Virus record (IMG/VR): IMGVR_UViG_3300034198_015569
Location: 1 to 64,000 of that record
DNA from: a virus
Direction: 5' to 3' (one strand)
Length of the DNA stretch: 64,000 bases
Both the position numbers and the translations under genes were made by a program. The notes under the pieces were generated by a model that ran no database searches, had not been told where the DNA came from, and saw nothing but the letters and a program-made list of their open reading frames with translations. This document shows positions 32,232-42,355 of this stretch, piece after piece (position 1 is the first letter of the stretch; every line of letters begins with the position of its first letter).

Positions 32232-32786
32232 ATGATTGATTATAAACTCCTTCACGAATCTATTCTTCACTATGAAGAAGCCGGGTTTCGACGTATTGAA
32301 GCTCCCTGGCTTGTATCAGAAGCTATCAATGATATTACTTGTCCTGCATGGGCAGGAAAATATCATGTCATTAAAGGCGACAAGAAAAAGACCTTTGTGG
32401 CGAGTGGAGAACAGTCATTTCTTTATTTAATTAATAAGGGATTTCTACCAACTTCCGGTAAATACCAGACGATTACTCCTTGTATGCGTAATGATGATTT
32501 TGATACAACGCATACTAAATATTTTATTAAAAATGAATTGATTTCATATGGACCATATGTATCCGAAAAGCATGTTGAGCCTATCATGACAGATGCTCTT
32601 GAATTCTTTTCAAAATATGTGATTAAGAATTTTATTAAGATAGTAAAGACAGCCGAAGGGTTCGATCTTGAATACCGAGGGGTGGAGATTGGTTCCTATG
32701 GATATAGAGAATGCTTATTCACCAAATGGATTTACGCAACCGGCTTGGCAGAACCAAGATTTTCTCGTATGATATATGGAAATTGA
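32232..32786 (+). CDS. truncated class II aminoacyl-tRNA-synthetase-like catalytic domain
   Basis: GFRRIEAPW (motif 1-like), ASGEQSF, TPCMRND..YFIKNEL (motif 2-like), EIGSYG..TGLAEPRF (motif 3-like). Confidence 0.65.
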   Translation: MIDYKLLHESILHYEEAGFRRIEAPWLVSEAINDITCPAWAGKYHVIKGDKKKTFVASGEQSFLYLINKGFLPTSGKYQTITPCMRNDDFDTTHTKYFIKNELISYGPYVSEKHVEPIMTDALEFFSKYVIKNFIKIVKTAEGFDLEYRGVEIGSYGYRECLFTKWIYATGLAEPRFSRMIYGN

Positions 32787-33029
32787 ATGAGTTATCATTT
32801 AACTAAAATACCAAAAGGAATATATGGAAAAGCGTCCAAAATAAAAGAGGAATATCTTGAATTTGAAGATGCCATTTATCAAGATAATCCTTTGATGGCT
32901 CTTCAAGAACTATCTGATATACTTGGTGCTATTGAGGCTTATTCCGCCGCCTATAATATGTCATTGAATGATCTTATTAAAATGAAGGAAGCAACTAAGC
33001 GAGCCTTCGAATCAGGACACCGAACATGA
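32787..33029 (+). CDS. MazG-like all-alpha NTP pyrophosphohydrolase domain
   Basis: KIKEEYLEFEDA...ELSDILGAI motif. Confidence 0.55.
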   Translation: MSYHLTKIPKGIYGKASKIKEEYLEFEDAIYQDNPLMALQELSDILGAIEAYSAAYNMSLNDLIKMKEATKRAFESGHRT

Positions 33030-33398
33030 AAATTTGGTTTGTTATATTTCTTGTTATGATACTTTTAGCGATAGCAGTATTTTACACTACTGTCATTTTT
33101 AATATAGAAAAAACAAATTGGTGTAGTGAAAACAATTTCAACTCAATCTATATTGATAAAAGAGCATTTTGTGTTAATGAGCAAGGATTTGTATTTGTGC
33201 CAAACATTAAGGGATAATAGTGCAGTTAAAAATATTTATTTTCTTATTTCGAGATGATAAATCACTTCAATATCAAATTGCTGAAATTACAGCATATTCT
33301 AGACAAGAAGCGATTCGATATTTTGTCGAAACCCATCCTTTAACAGAGTATGAAATCATAACTTGAATAAATAGAGTCGAACAACTAGGAGGAAAGAT

Positions 33399-33746
33399 AT
33401 GTTCGACTTTGGATTAGGTAAGGTATGGTCTACACTAATAGTAATAGCATTAGCAATTGCTCTCTCTGGTGCCGCATTTTGGTATGTGTATAGTTGGGGA
33501 TATAATGACGCACAGGCAAAATGTCAGGTTGCAGCATTAGAAGAAATAATTAAATCTAAAGAACGTGATTTGGCAGTTATTCAAAAGAAAGCTAACGAAG
33601 AGACGGTGACGAAAATTGAGCTTGACAAGAAGCTTAAAGCAAGAGAAGATGAACTAGAAGAATATAAGAGCAAACTTTCCGAAAACAATTCATGTATTGC
33701 AACTGATGCTGATGTGGAATACTTTAACGGAAAGAAAAAGAAATGA
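33399..33746 (+). CDS. putative inner-membrane spanin (Rz-like)
   Basis: N-terminal TM helix, coiled coil, C-terminal Cys; overlaps a lipoprotein gene. Confidence 0.7.
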   Translation: MFDFGLGKVWSTLIVIALAIALSGAAFWYVYSWGYNDAQAKCQVAALEEIIKSKERDLAVIQKKANEETVTKIELDKKLKAREDELEEYKSKLSENNSCIATDADVEYFNGKKKK

Positions 33747-33997
33747 AGAAAGTATTAATTGTATTTTTATTGGGTATTGTATTAGCCGGATGTGAACAAA
33801 CAGTTCCAAAACCCGAGCTTAAAATTACACTCCCTCCACCACCTTCCTTTTGTGATAAGGTGGACCTTCCAAAATTAAAGAAAGGTGAAGATATTCGTGT
33901 ATTTGCTGGACGATTAAAAGTGTTTGCAGAATCACGAAATGATGATCTATCATCATGTCGTAAATGGATTGAAGACTTAGCTAAAGAATATCAGTAA
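33743..33997 (+). CDS. putative outer-membrane spanin (Rz1-like lipoprotein)
   Basis: LAGC lipobox, Pro-rich LPPPPS, short Cys-containing tail. Confidence 0.72.
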   Translation: MKKVLIVFLLGIVLAGCEQTVPKPELKITLPPPPSFCDKVDLPKLKKGEDIRVFAGRLKVFAESRNDDLSSCRKWIEDLAKEYQ

Positions 33998-34638
33998 AGG
34001 AAATTTTTATTATGGATAAAGTGGTTATTACTCTTACCGTTTCAGATATTGATCCTAAAATCCCTTCAATTTCAATTCCAATCCTATTGGTTGAAAGTGA
34101 GGAAATCGCACAAGATTTGGTTAATCGTATTCGAACTACTTTTAATGATATTAATGCCAAATCCCGCCAAAGATATGAACCCCTTCTTATTAAAGCTATG
34201 GAAGACCAAGATAAAGATACACAGAGACTCCTTGTAAGTCAGATTTGTAAAGAATATGATGATGCTTTAAAGCAATATAATGTTCCTACTAATTATTTCT
34301 CTTGGATACATACTGTTGATATTAAATTCATGGCATTTTATGTGAAGAATTGGGAAAATTGAATTGAAAATTTATAATATTGTAAGACGATTGATTGGCT
34401 GGAAGGATAGTTATTCTGAAACAATTATTCTAAGAGCCTTTACCAATAAGGAGTCTGCCGAAACATGGCAGACTCGTAGAATCGAGCTTTACGATGCTGG
34501 AACTGTTGCGCTTAGCACTAATGATGATGAAAAAATTCAATTGGCCTTTCTTGACATTGAAGCCCATGGTATTCCCCCGGTAAGTCTCGATATTTACATG
34601 GCTGAACGTTTTTATATTTGCGAAACGGAATTATATAA

Positions 34639-35088
34639 ATGAAATTATATTTTGCTGGACCTTCAGTTTTCCTTAAAAACGGACAATCAGAAATTACAGG
34701 TAATTTTTTAAAGAATCTTGCGTTGCGTTATGGAGCCACTGGTTTTTATCCCGGTGATTTCTCTTCAACTGATCCTGGAAAAATTTACGATAACTGTGTT
34801 TCAAACCTATTTGATTCTAATGCTATTATTGCCGATATTGGTAGTTGGCGTGGTGCCGAGATGGATGTTGGAACAGCCGTCGAAATCGGAATTGCAATTG
34901 GAAAAAATATCCCAATTTATGGATATGCAGAAGATTGGGATATTCCGCTTGTTGACAAACTTCCTCCTTCAGTTGATTATGATACAGAAAATTTTGGATT
35001 TCCACAAAATCTAATGGTTATTTTTTCTTGTGTTGAAATCTTTGAAACAGCAGAAGAAGCCGTAAAAGCTGCCACTAAAAGAAGATAA
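34639..35088 (+). CDS. nucleoside 2-deoxyribosyltransferase family protein
   Basis: LYFAGPSVF, MDVGTAVEIG.A, NLMV. Confidence 0.85.
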   Translation: MKLYFAGPSVFLKNGQSEITGNFLKNLALRYGATGFYPGDFSSTDPGKIYDNCVSNLFDSNAIIADIGSWRGAEMDVGTAVEIGIAIGKNIPIYGYAEDWDIPLVDKLPPSVDYDTENFGFPQNLMVIFSCVEIFETAEEAVKAATKRR

Positions 35089-35089
35089 T

Positions 35090-35422
35090 ATGAGCAAACG
35101 TCATAGTTTACTTTCAAGAATTAAAAAAAGAAAATGGGGAAATGAATTAATAGAAACGAATAAAAACTGTTTCTATTGTGATACTCCATTTAACGATTTT
35201 AATGAATATGATCGAATGACGGGAGACCATATTATTCCAAAGTGTCGTGGAGGAAAAATTGTAGAACATAATATTGTTCTTGCGTGTAATATGTGTAATG
35301 CGGTAAAAGACAACACAGATTTTATTAAATTCTATATGTTTGCACAATTATATATCAAGCATAATAGAATGAATAGTATTTCAAAATTAAATCATGAATA
35401 TAGGAGAATACGAAATGGATAA
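35090..35422 (+). CDS. HNH endonuclease (McrA-like)
   Basis: CFYC...TGDHIIPKCRGG....NIVLAC..CN..K. Confidence 0.85.
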   Translation: MSKRHSLLSRIKKRKWGNELIETNKNCFYCDTPFNDFNEYDRMTGDHIIPKCRGGKIVEHNIVLACNMCNAVKDNTDFIKFYMFAQLYIKHNRMNSISKLNHEYRRIRNG

Positions 35423-36124
35423 GTTGGTTACTGTACTTGGTGGAATTCTATTGGTTGGTCTGATTCTTACTCTAGGTGCTTTAGTTGGACCTTTGGTAGG
35501 AGCTTTCGTAGGTTGGGTTCTTTCATGGGCCATGCCAACGTGGATTTCCGGTGGATTTGCTGCTTTTGGATTAAATGTCAATCCTGATCAGTTTGTGGCA
35601 GTTGGCGCCATGCTTGGATTTGTTGGTGCATTTCTCAGAAGTACCGGACAATCAAATAAGTCTTGACCCTAAAATAAATTAGTATATTATGTAATAACAA
35701 TTTGGGGGGAGAATCGTATGGACATTATTCTTAATGTTGAATATATTTCTGCTTCCAAATTGTGGCATGGTTATACACAAGAAACTGATGGGATTGAATT
35801 TATTTTTGCAGTGGCAGGTTGCCAAACTCTGGATGAACTGATAGAATGTATGAACTATTTGGCTAATGAAAAAGGTAAAATTGTTTCGTTTATTATAAAT
35901 AGGATTAAGTAATGATTACGGAACGTGATGTATATAAAGTAATTAAAGAACTTATAGAATTTCCTTTTCCACAAGTTTGTGTACATCATGCCGCAGGAAA
36001 GCTCATTACAATGCTTGAAAATTGTGGATATGAGATTGACAATGATTTGGTACACTCTATAGTGTTTGCTGAAGATGAAAAATCATTAGCAATGTTGGAA
36101 GATAAAATTAAATGAAATTTTGAT

Positions 36125-36217
36125 GGCTGCGGGTGTAGGACACGGGAGGTGCTTATAACACCTTATAGTCCGCAGATAACGGATTCCAACTAGGATCGAT
36201 ACCTAGCGCAGTCACCA
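36125..36217 (+). tRNA. tRNA-Ile(TAT), non-canonical (short D-arm, long variable arm)
   Basis: GGCTGCG/CGCAGTC acceptor, AGGTG-CTTATAA-CACCT, CTAGG-ATCGATA-CCTAG, CCA. Confidence 0.7.
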
Positions 36218-36222
36218 TGATT

Positions 36223-36906
36223 TCATTTTATTGAAAGTTTCCAGCCATATTTTGAATATTGAGGAAATTGATTTTGTTTAATTTCTTTTATAATATCATT
36301 TTTTTCTATTCGAATTAATTTATAGTTTCGTTTCTTTTTTATTTTAATAGGCGGATTAGGATTGTTTTTATACTTATAAATTCTATCTGATGTATGTGCT
36401 GATTTTCCGTTATTTTTAGCAATTTGCTTCCATTCATCACTTTGAAAGTATGATTTATCTCTATTTTGATTGACAATCTTCATTGTATTTGAAATTTTTT
36501 GGCGTCTATCAATATCAGCCTCTCTATCATATGTGGCTTTACGATATGTAGATATATCCTTACGAATAGTTTCATATAAACGAGAACATATTACTCTTTG
36601 AGATTGATGTTTATTATTTCGTCGGAATGCTGTAACTGCCCAAGCTAACTTAAACCAAATATCAGTATTCTTCTCTACCATCTTGGTTAAAAGAATATGA
36701 CAAATAAAGTGTTCTTTAGCGGAGAGTAAAACTAAATTGTTTTTGGTATTGTTTCCACCCAAACATTTAGGTATGATATGATGCTTTTCAAAATAATCGA
36801 TAGAATTTTTAACTCTATTTTGTGATATTGCATTAGAGATAATTTTATAATACCAAATGTAATATTTGTTGTTTAAAAACATATTTATCCTTTGTATCTG
36901 TTGCAA
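36223..36906 (-). CDS. HNH homing endonuclease
   Basis: EKHHIIPKCLGG.N...NLVLLSAKEHFICHILL; antisense inside the tRNA cluster with its own TATAAATA (36910-36917, - strand); likely start ~36882. Confidence 0.85.
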   Translation of the reverse strand: MQQIQRINMFLNNKYYIWYYKIISNAISQNRVKNSIDYFEKHHIIPKCLGGNNTKNNLVLLSAKEHFICHILLTKMVEKNTDIWFKLAWAVTAFRRNNKHQSQRVICSRLYETIRKDISTYRKATYDREADIDRRQKISNTMKIVNQNRDKSYFQSDEWKQIAKNNGKSAHTSDRIYKYKNNPNPPIKIKKKRNYKLIRIEKNDIIKEIKQNQFPQYSKYGWKLSIK

Positions 36907-36960
36907 AATTATTTATAAGCAGTTGACAGAAAATCGATAGTGATCTATAAATAAATTCAA

Positions 36961-37038
36961 GCCTCTGTAGTCCAATTGGCAGGAGACAGCACCCTCAAAA
37001 CGTGTACAGTATCGGTTCGAATCCGATTGGAGGCACCA
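36961..37038 (+). tRNA. tRNA-Leu(CAA), short variable loop
   Basis: Loop CTCAAAA, ATCGG-TTCGAAT-CCGAT, CCA. Confidence 0.82.
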
Positions 37039-37043
37039 AATTA

Positions 37044-37120
37044 GCGCATATAGTCCAACGGCAGGAGACAAGGCACTTAAAATGCCTACAGTGTTGGTTC
37101 GAATCCAACTATGCGCACCA
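37044..37120 (+). tRNA. tRNA-Leu(TAA), short variable loop
   Basis: AGGCA-CTTAAAA-TGCCT; canonical T-arm; CCA. Confidence 0.88.
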
Positions 37121-37145
37121 TTAAATTAATGATCCTGTGAATAAT

Positions 37146-37232
37146 GAGATTGTGGGTTCATGCGAATTCAGGCACAGCACGAATACTTAAAATATTCGAC
37201 CTTTGTGGGTTCGATTCCCACCAATCTCACCA
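37146..37232 (+). tRNA. tRNA-Leu(TAA), atypical D-arm
   Basis: GAGATTG/CAATCTC acceptor, CGAATA-CTTAAAA-TATTCG, GTGGG-TTCGATT-CCCAC, CCA. Confidence 0.7.
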
Positions 37233-37243
37233 ATTTCCCTTTT

Positions 37244-37318
37244 GCGGTTGTAGCTCAATGGTAGAGCAGGGCCTTCTAAACGCCATGGTAGTGGGTTCGA
37301 ATCCCACCTACCGCACCA
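37244..37318 (+). tRNA. tRNA with CTA anticodon (putative amber suppressor)
   Basis: Canonical D and T arms; best register GGGCC-TTCTAAA-CGCCA (3 central pairs); an Arg(TCT) register pairs worse. Confidence 0.6.
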
Positions 37319-37536
37319 TTCTTACAAAGGATACTTATATTATGAATTCTTTTCTAAAAGGTTTTTTCAATGGCATTCTTGACTCCTGTGTTATTTTTTG
37401 CCCTCTAATTTGTAGTATAAATCTAGTTTTCGTTCCATCGCTATCTATTGTATGGATGCCTGCTGCTATTTTAGGTGGACTAATTCTAGCCAATGAAATT
37501 CGCAAAGGTTCGTTTGATTATATTGTAAATAAATAA

Positions 37537-37613
37537 GTCCCTGTAGCTCAATTGGTTAGAGCCATCCGCTCATAACGGATCGGTTGTAGGTTCAAGTCCT
37601 ACCGGGGACACCA
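37537..37613 (+). tRNA. tRNA-Met/Ile2(CAT)
   Basis: ATCCG-CTCATAA-CGGAT; canonical cloverleaf; CCA. Confidence 0.88.
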
Positions 37614-37900
37614 ATTCCTTTTCCTTAATATTCATCTCTTCTTCAACCAAGATATCCATCGTTTAAATCTTCGGTTTGATGTTTGCCAATATAAATTTTT
37701 CCATTTGCACGACAGGTGGTTTTGTATATGGTATAAAACACAGACGCTTCCTAATTGTTGTTTGTCTGTGTATTTAGCACAGAGTGCTAATTTAAGCCGA
37801 TAAGCTGGCCCTAGGGTCGCAAGACTTAGCTTATCGAAATTCACATAGGGCACAATTTAAAACAAAAAGCCCGTGCCCTAAAAGACACGGAAACTTAAAA

Positions 37901-38254
37901 ATGAAAAAGTATCTAATCATCTTCACCGCCGTTTTTCTTGGCGGTTGCCAGACAACGGAATCTGGAGTTCTTAAAAAGTATACCGCAACATCTTCTTATT
38001 ATTGGCAGGGAAGCAAAACAGCAAGCGGCGAAAGATTTAATCCTCATGGATTGACGGCGGCGCATAAAAGGTATAGTTTTGGAACTAGATTGAGATTGAC
38101 AAATCCAAAGAATAATCAATCGGTTGTCGTCAGAGTGAATGACCGTGGTCCTTTTATTAAGGGTCGTGATTTAGATGTTTCACTTGGTGCAGCTAATGCG
38201 CTTGGATTTCGTCAAGCTGGCGTAACTAATTTACATGTAGAGGTTTTAAAATAA
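37901..38254 (+). CDS. rlpA: RlpA-like lytic transglycosylase (DPBB) lipoprotein
   Basis: LGGC lipobox; TASGERFNPHGLTAAH, VVVRVNDRGPF..GRDLDVS..AA..LG. Confidence 0.9.
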   Translation: MKKYLIIFTAVFLGGCQTTESGVLKKYTATSSYYWQGSKTASGERFNPHGLTAAHKRYSFGTRLRLTNPKNNQSVVVRVNDRGPFIKGRDLDVSLGAANALGFRQAGVTNLHVEVLK

Positions 38255-38260
38255 GAATTC

Positions 38261-38716
38261 ATGGGCGTCCGTAATTATCCAGAAACACCAAGAGTATACT
38301 TTGATATGGATGGAGTTCTAGCCGATTTCGAGAAAGCGGCAGGACATGAGGGAATCCATCCAAAACAATTTAAAGGTATACATGGAGCATATGCTATGTT
38401 GCCGGTTATTACGGGCGCCCAAGAGGCAGTAGAACGGGTTATTAAAATGGGATACGAAAGTTTCGTTTGCACGAAAATTCCTGATGAAAACCCTTCTGCT
38501 GCAACAGATAAAATTTGGTGGATTAAGAAAAAATTTCCCATGCTACATGGTAGGGTGTTCATCGTTCCCGATAAAGGAGCCATAGGAAGACCATGTGATT
38601 TTCTTATTGATGATCATTTAGAATGGGCTAATGCTCATAATTTTCCTGGCACTAAAATTCCATTTAATGGAGATTGGGATACAATCTTCAACGTCCTTCC
38701 AAATTATAAAGGATAA
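38261..38716 (+). CDS. 5'(3')-deoxyribonucleotidase-like HAD hydrolase
   Basis: YFDMDGVLADF, K..W, LIDD. Confidence 0.8.
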   Translation: MGVRNYPETPRVYFDMDGVLADFEKAAGHEGIHPKQFKGIHGAYAMLPVITGAQEAVERVIKMGYESFVCTKIPDENPSAATDKIWWIKKKFPMLHGRVFIVPDKGAIGRPCDFLIDDHLEWANAHNFPGTKIPFNGDWDTIFNVLPNYKG

Positions 38717-39184
38717 TATTATGAATGAACTTTCTTTTCTTCTTTATCTAGCTCACGTTTCCGATAATATCGGAGGTGTTCTTGGGGTTCTTGGTGTTCT
38801 AACTTGCATCGGGGCAATAGTAATGGCGTTGTATTACACCATTACAAAATTTTTTGTTATACCAAGTATTGAAGTTGCTGGTGAATCTTGGAAGTCTTGG
38901 AGCACTGATGAATTTGACCGTTTGCTTGCCAGCGTAAAAGTTGCTGGTAAAGCTTTTGTTATTCTTTGTACCATTTCAATAACGGCAGGATTGATTAAAA
39001 GTTTTGTTCCCGACCGTAAGACTGTCACATTGATTGCAGCTTCTCAGATTGGTGAAAAGATTATCAAGAGTCCGCAGGTTCAGTCTATTGTTGATCCGTC
39101 TATCACGCTTCTAAAGTCATGGATGGAACAGCAAACACAGAGCATTGAAAAGGAAATGCTTAAGTCTAAACTGGATAACATGAA

Positions 39185-39655
39185 GTGAACATAGGTAGTG
39201 GAAATCCATATCCTTCTAACGCATTGAGCAACTTTGCGCCCCATCCCTTTGTTTTCAGAGGGGTGGAGTGCAATTCCATGGAAGGCTTGGTACAGAGCTT
39301 CAAATTCGACAAACCGCATATTCAGGTTGAAGTGTGTAAGCTTGTCGGATTGGCAGCAAAGAAGCGTGGTTCCGCTCGCAATAAGCAGTGGAAATCAAAG
39401 CAAATTCTTTGGTGGAATGGCAGTCCATATCCTCGTGACAGCCAAGCATATCAAGACTTGCTGGACGAAGCTTATATCTGTCTTTCTTTTAATTCATCCT
39501 TTAAGAAAGCTCTTTTAGCGACTGGTGATGCGGTATTGACACACTCCATTGGACGTAATAAGATCAATGAGACCGTGTTGACGGAAAAAGAATTTGTTTC
39601 CCGTCTAATGCTCATTCGTCAGATATTAAAAGGAAAAGAAAAGGATAATAAATGA
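39185..39655 (+). CDS. NADAR/YbiA-like protein (T4 30.3-like)
   Basis: LSNFAPHPFVFRGVECNSMEGLVQSFK, ALLATGDAVLTHSIG. Confidence 0.72.
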   Translation: MNIGSGNPYPSNALSNFAPHPFVFRGVECNSMEGLVQSFKFDKPHIQVEVCKLVGLAAKKRGSARNKQWKSKQILWWNGSPYPRDSQAYQDLLDEAYICLSFNSSFKKALLATGDAVLTHSIGRNKINETVLTEKEFVSRLMLIRQILKGKEKDNK

Positions 39656-39844
39656 CGTGGACACTTATTCTTTACATATTTGTAATTTCTTCGCCGTCCC
39701 GGTCTATGATGGATATGCAGACAGGATACACTTCATATGATACTTGTATGAAGGCTGGTGAACAAGCGAGTCCCGGTACAGTTAAATCTTCTAATTATGC
39801 GGTGCAAACACATTTCGTATATCGCTGCATTGAGGTAAAATAAT

Positions 39845-40243
39845 ATGCTTTCCCTTTACACAATTCTTATTCTTATTTTTGCTCATTGGTATGCCGATTT
39901 TGTTGAACAGACACAAGAAATGGCAACCAATAAAAGCAAGAGTTGGGAGCATCTTAGCTGGCATGTAGTGAGCTATACCGTGAGCCTGTCTCTATTCGGG
40001 TTGGTTCTTGCCGCCGATATGATTGATCGTGGACAGGCAACCCTGTGGGTTCTTGTTCCGTTGCTCGGTTGGCTTTTGCTCAACGGCGCATTGCATTTCA
40101 TTACCGATGCTTGCACCAGTCGTTTGACTGGATATTTTTACAAAAAGGGCGATTACCATAATTTCTTTGTGGTGATTGGATTTGAACAATTTATTCATTA
40201 TACCTGTCTCTTTGTGACATGGTATTATATGATTGGAGTATAA
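39845..40243 (+). CDS. DUF3307-like membrane protein
   Basis: AHWYADF..QT..MATNK, HFITD, IGFEQFIH with hydrophobic helices. Confidence 0.7.
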   Translation: MLSLYTILILIFAHWYADFVEQTQEMATNKSKSWEHLSWHVVSYTVSLSLFGLVLAADMIDRGQATLWVLVPLLGWLLLNGALHFITDACTSRLTGYFYKKGDYHNFFVVIGFEQFIHYTCLFVTWYYMIGV

Positions 40244-40396
40244 TGTGCTTACTGAAGAAGAAATCGAAGATATAATCATTGCCGGCATCGAATATCATGG
40301 TTATTATGAACAAATTGACAATACGATTTCTTGGTTTGAACAAGAGTATACTGGTAAATATGATCCTGAAGTTCTATTGAGAATTGCAGAAAAACA

Positions 40397-40867
40397 TTGT
40401 TATTATTAATTGGAGTGGACATGACTATTATTCAAAAACTAAACACTGATCTTCTTACCGCCCGCAAAGCTCGTAATTCTGAAAACATTACCATCCTTTC
40501 AACTGTTATTGGTGAGCTTAATGCAAACGCAAAGCTCGTGGATGGTGTAAAGACGGTAACTGATGAGGAGGCAACTGCCCTTCTAAAGAAGCATATCAAG
40601 GGCATTGATGAGGTGTTGAAGTATCAGCCTGATAATACCAAGTCACAACATGAAAAGACAATTCTTTCAATTTATCTTCCTCAAATGATGAGCGAAGATG
40701 ATTTGCGAAATACAATTCATAACTTTATTAAATTTTATGCTGGCGCTGGCGAGCGGGCAGATTCGCTGCCAACTATGGGAATTGTCATGAAGTGGCTCAA
40801 GGACAATCATGCTGGACAATATGATGGCGCCCTTGCATCCAAGATCGTCAAGGAAACCCTGGCGTGA
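40397..40867 (+). CDS. GatB/YqeY domain protein
   Basis: E..IL..YLPQMMSEDDL...MGIVMKWLK...GQYDG..ASKIVK; likely start 40421. Confidence 0.82.
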   Translation: MLLLIGVDMTIIQKLNTDLLTARKARNSENITILSTVIGELNANAKLVDGVKTVTDEEATALLKKHIKGIDEVLKYQPDNTKSQHEKTILSIYLPQMMSEDDLRNTIHNFIKFYAGAGERADSLPTMGIVMKWLKDNHAGQYDGALASKIVKETLA

Positions 40868-41467
40868 GTAAATATTTAGGGGAGACGCCTGTAACTGATT
40901 TTACAGGCACTCCATACGAAGGATTTACTCCTACCGATTGGGCTATGTTGTTTATTACAAAATATGGTCAAATTAGTGGTGAACATCATAAAGCATGGGT
41001 ATTAGATCAAGTATCCAGAATCCTCAAAGGAACGCCCGTTGAAGTAACTCTTGCAACTTGGGATACTGGAGAGAAAGAATATCGAATTAATACTGGAACA
41101 CCATCTCAATCTTATTTGGGCTGGGTTTCCTATATGCTTGGTGAATATAATGAAGAAAACGAAGAATATGAATATGAATACGATGAAGGCAATGCTCCAT
41201 GATTAATATTAATTTATATATTGGAAACCCATTTTCCAAACAAGTATATAATGAAATTTTAGAAGAACTTTATTATAAGAACTGGCGTCTGTGCTCACAT
41301 AAAGTGTTTGAAGTACAAATATTTAAATTTAATAAAAAAGATATTTTTGACTTCTCTTTTGAAATTCGCCCAAAGACGGTTGATCATGCTGGTTGGAGTT
41401 TTGAATTAAGACTCTTCGGGTTTGGTCCGTCATTTGCATTCTATGACACCCGACATTCTGATCAGCG

Positions 41468-42346
41468 ATGAAAAAAACTATAAATTACGAATATTTGGAA
41501 GAAAAAGTTCATTATAATATTCCCGCACTTGATACCAAATTGTATAAAGGAATAATTATTGATACTGAAACCGTCGATAAAAACGAAGATTCTGATATAA
41601 TTGAATTGGCAGCACTTTTATTTACATTTGATCTTAATGGTACGGTATATGAAGTAATCGACCAATATCATTCATACAACGATACAGATCAGGAAATATC
41701 TTCTGGTGCGTTTGCTAAACATGGTCTTACAAAAGACGATATTAAGGGACATTCTATAGATATAGAATTACTAAAAGATTGGCGAAAGCAATCTGTAATA
41801 GTAATTGCCCATAATGCTGTATTTGATCGCGGAAAGCTTTTGAGAAAAATACCAGAATTTAGAAAAAGTTATTGGGCATGCACATGTTATGACATTGATT
41901 GGGAAGCGCAAGGCTATACCCATAAAACCTTAGAATATCTTACTCTCAAAAATAGAATTCATTATGAAAATGGACACAGAGCCACAACGGATTGTCATTA
42001 TCTTTTAGAGTTAGTTTCAAGAGAACTTCCTTCGACCGGAATTCCCATACTTCGTCATCTCATGGATGCCGCAAGTAAAGAGGTTTATATTATTGGGATT
42101 AAACTCGATCCATATTCAGAAGACTTAAAGAATTATCTTAAAGATTGGCGATATGATTATCATAAAGAAAATAAAGCTTGGACGAATAGTAAATTGAGCC
42201 AAAAAGAATTTATCGATCAATGTAAAATTATTTCTGAATATGGAAATAAAGATAATATTAGATGGAGTAAAATTTCTAGACGTGATCCCGAATATTTTGA
42301 CTTGACAAAGGAATATACATACAATATGTTGTTCTCTCCAAAATAG
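41468..42346 (+). CDS. DEDDh 3'-5' exonuclease (DnaQ/epsilon-like)
   Basis: IIDTET, IAHNAVFDR, HRATTD. Confidence 0.85.
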   Translation: MKKTINYEYLEEKVHYNIPALDTKLYKGIIIDTETVDKNEDSDIIELAALLFTFDLNGTVYEVIDQYHSYNDTDQEISSGAFAKHGLTKDDIKGHSIDIELLKDWRKQSVIVIAHNAVFDRGKLLRKIPEFRKSYWACTCYDIDWEAQGYTHKTLEYLTLKNRIHYENGHRATTDCHYLLELVSRELPSTGIPILRHLMDAASKEVYIIGIKLDPYSEDLKNYLKDWRYDYHKENKAWTNSKLSQKEFIDQCKIISEYGNKDNIRWSKISRRDPEYFDLTKEYTYNMLFSPK

Positions 42347-42355
42347 GAGGAAACT

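Noticed and set aside
37144-37341. N-terminal part of ORF 37144-37536 (likewise 48419-48478)
   Set aside because: Overlaps tRNA genes; SD-supported starts are at 37342 and 48479.
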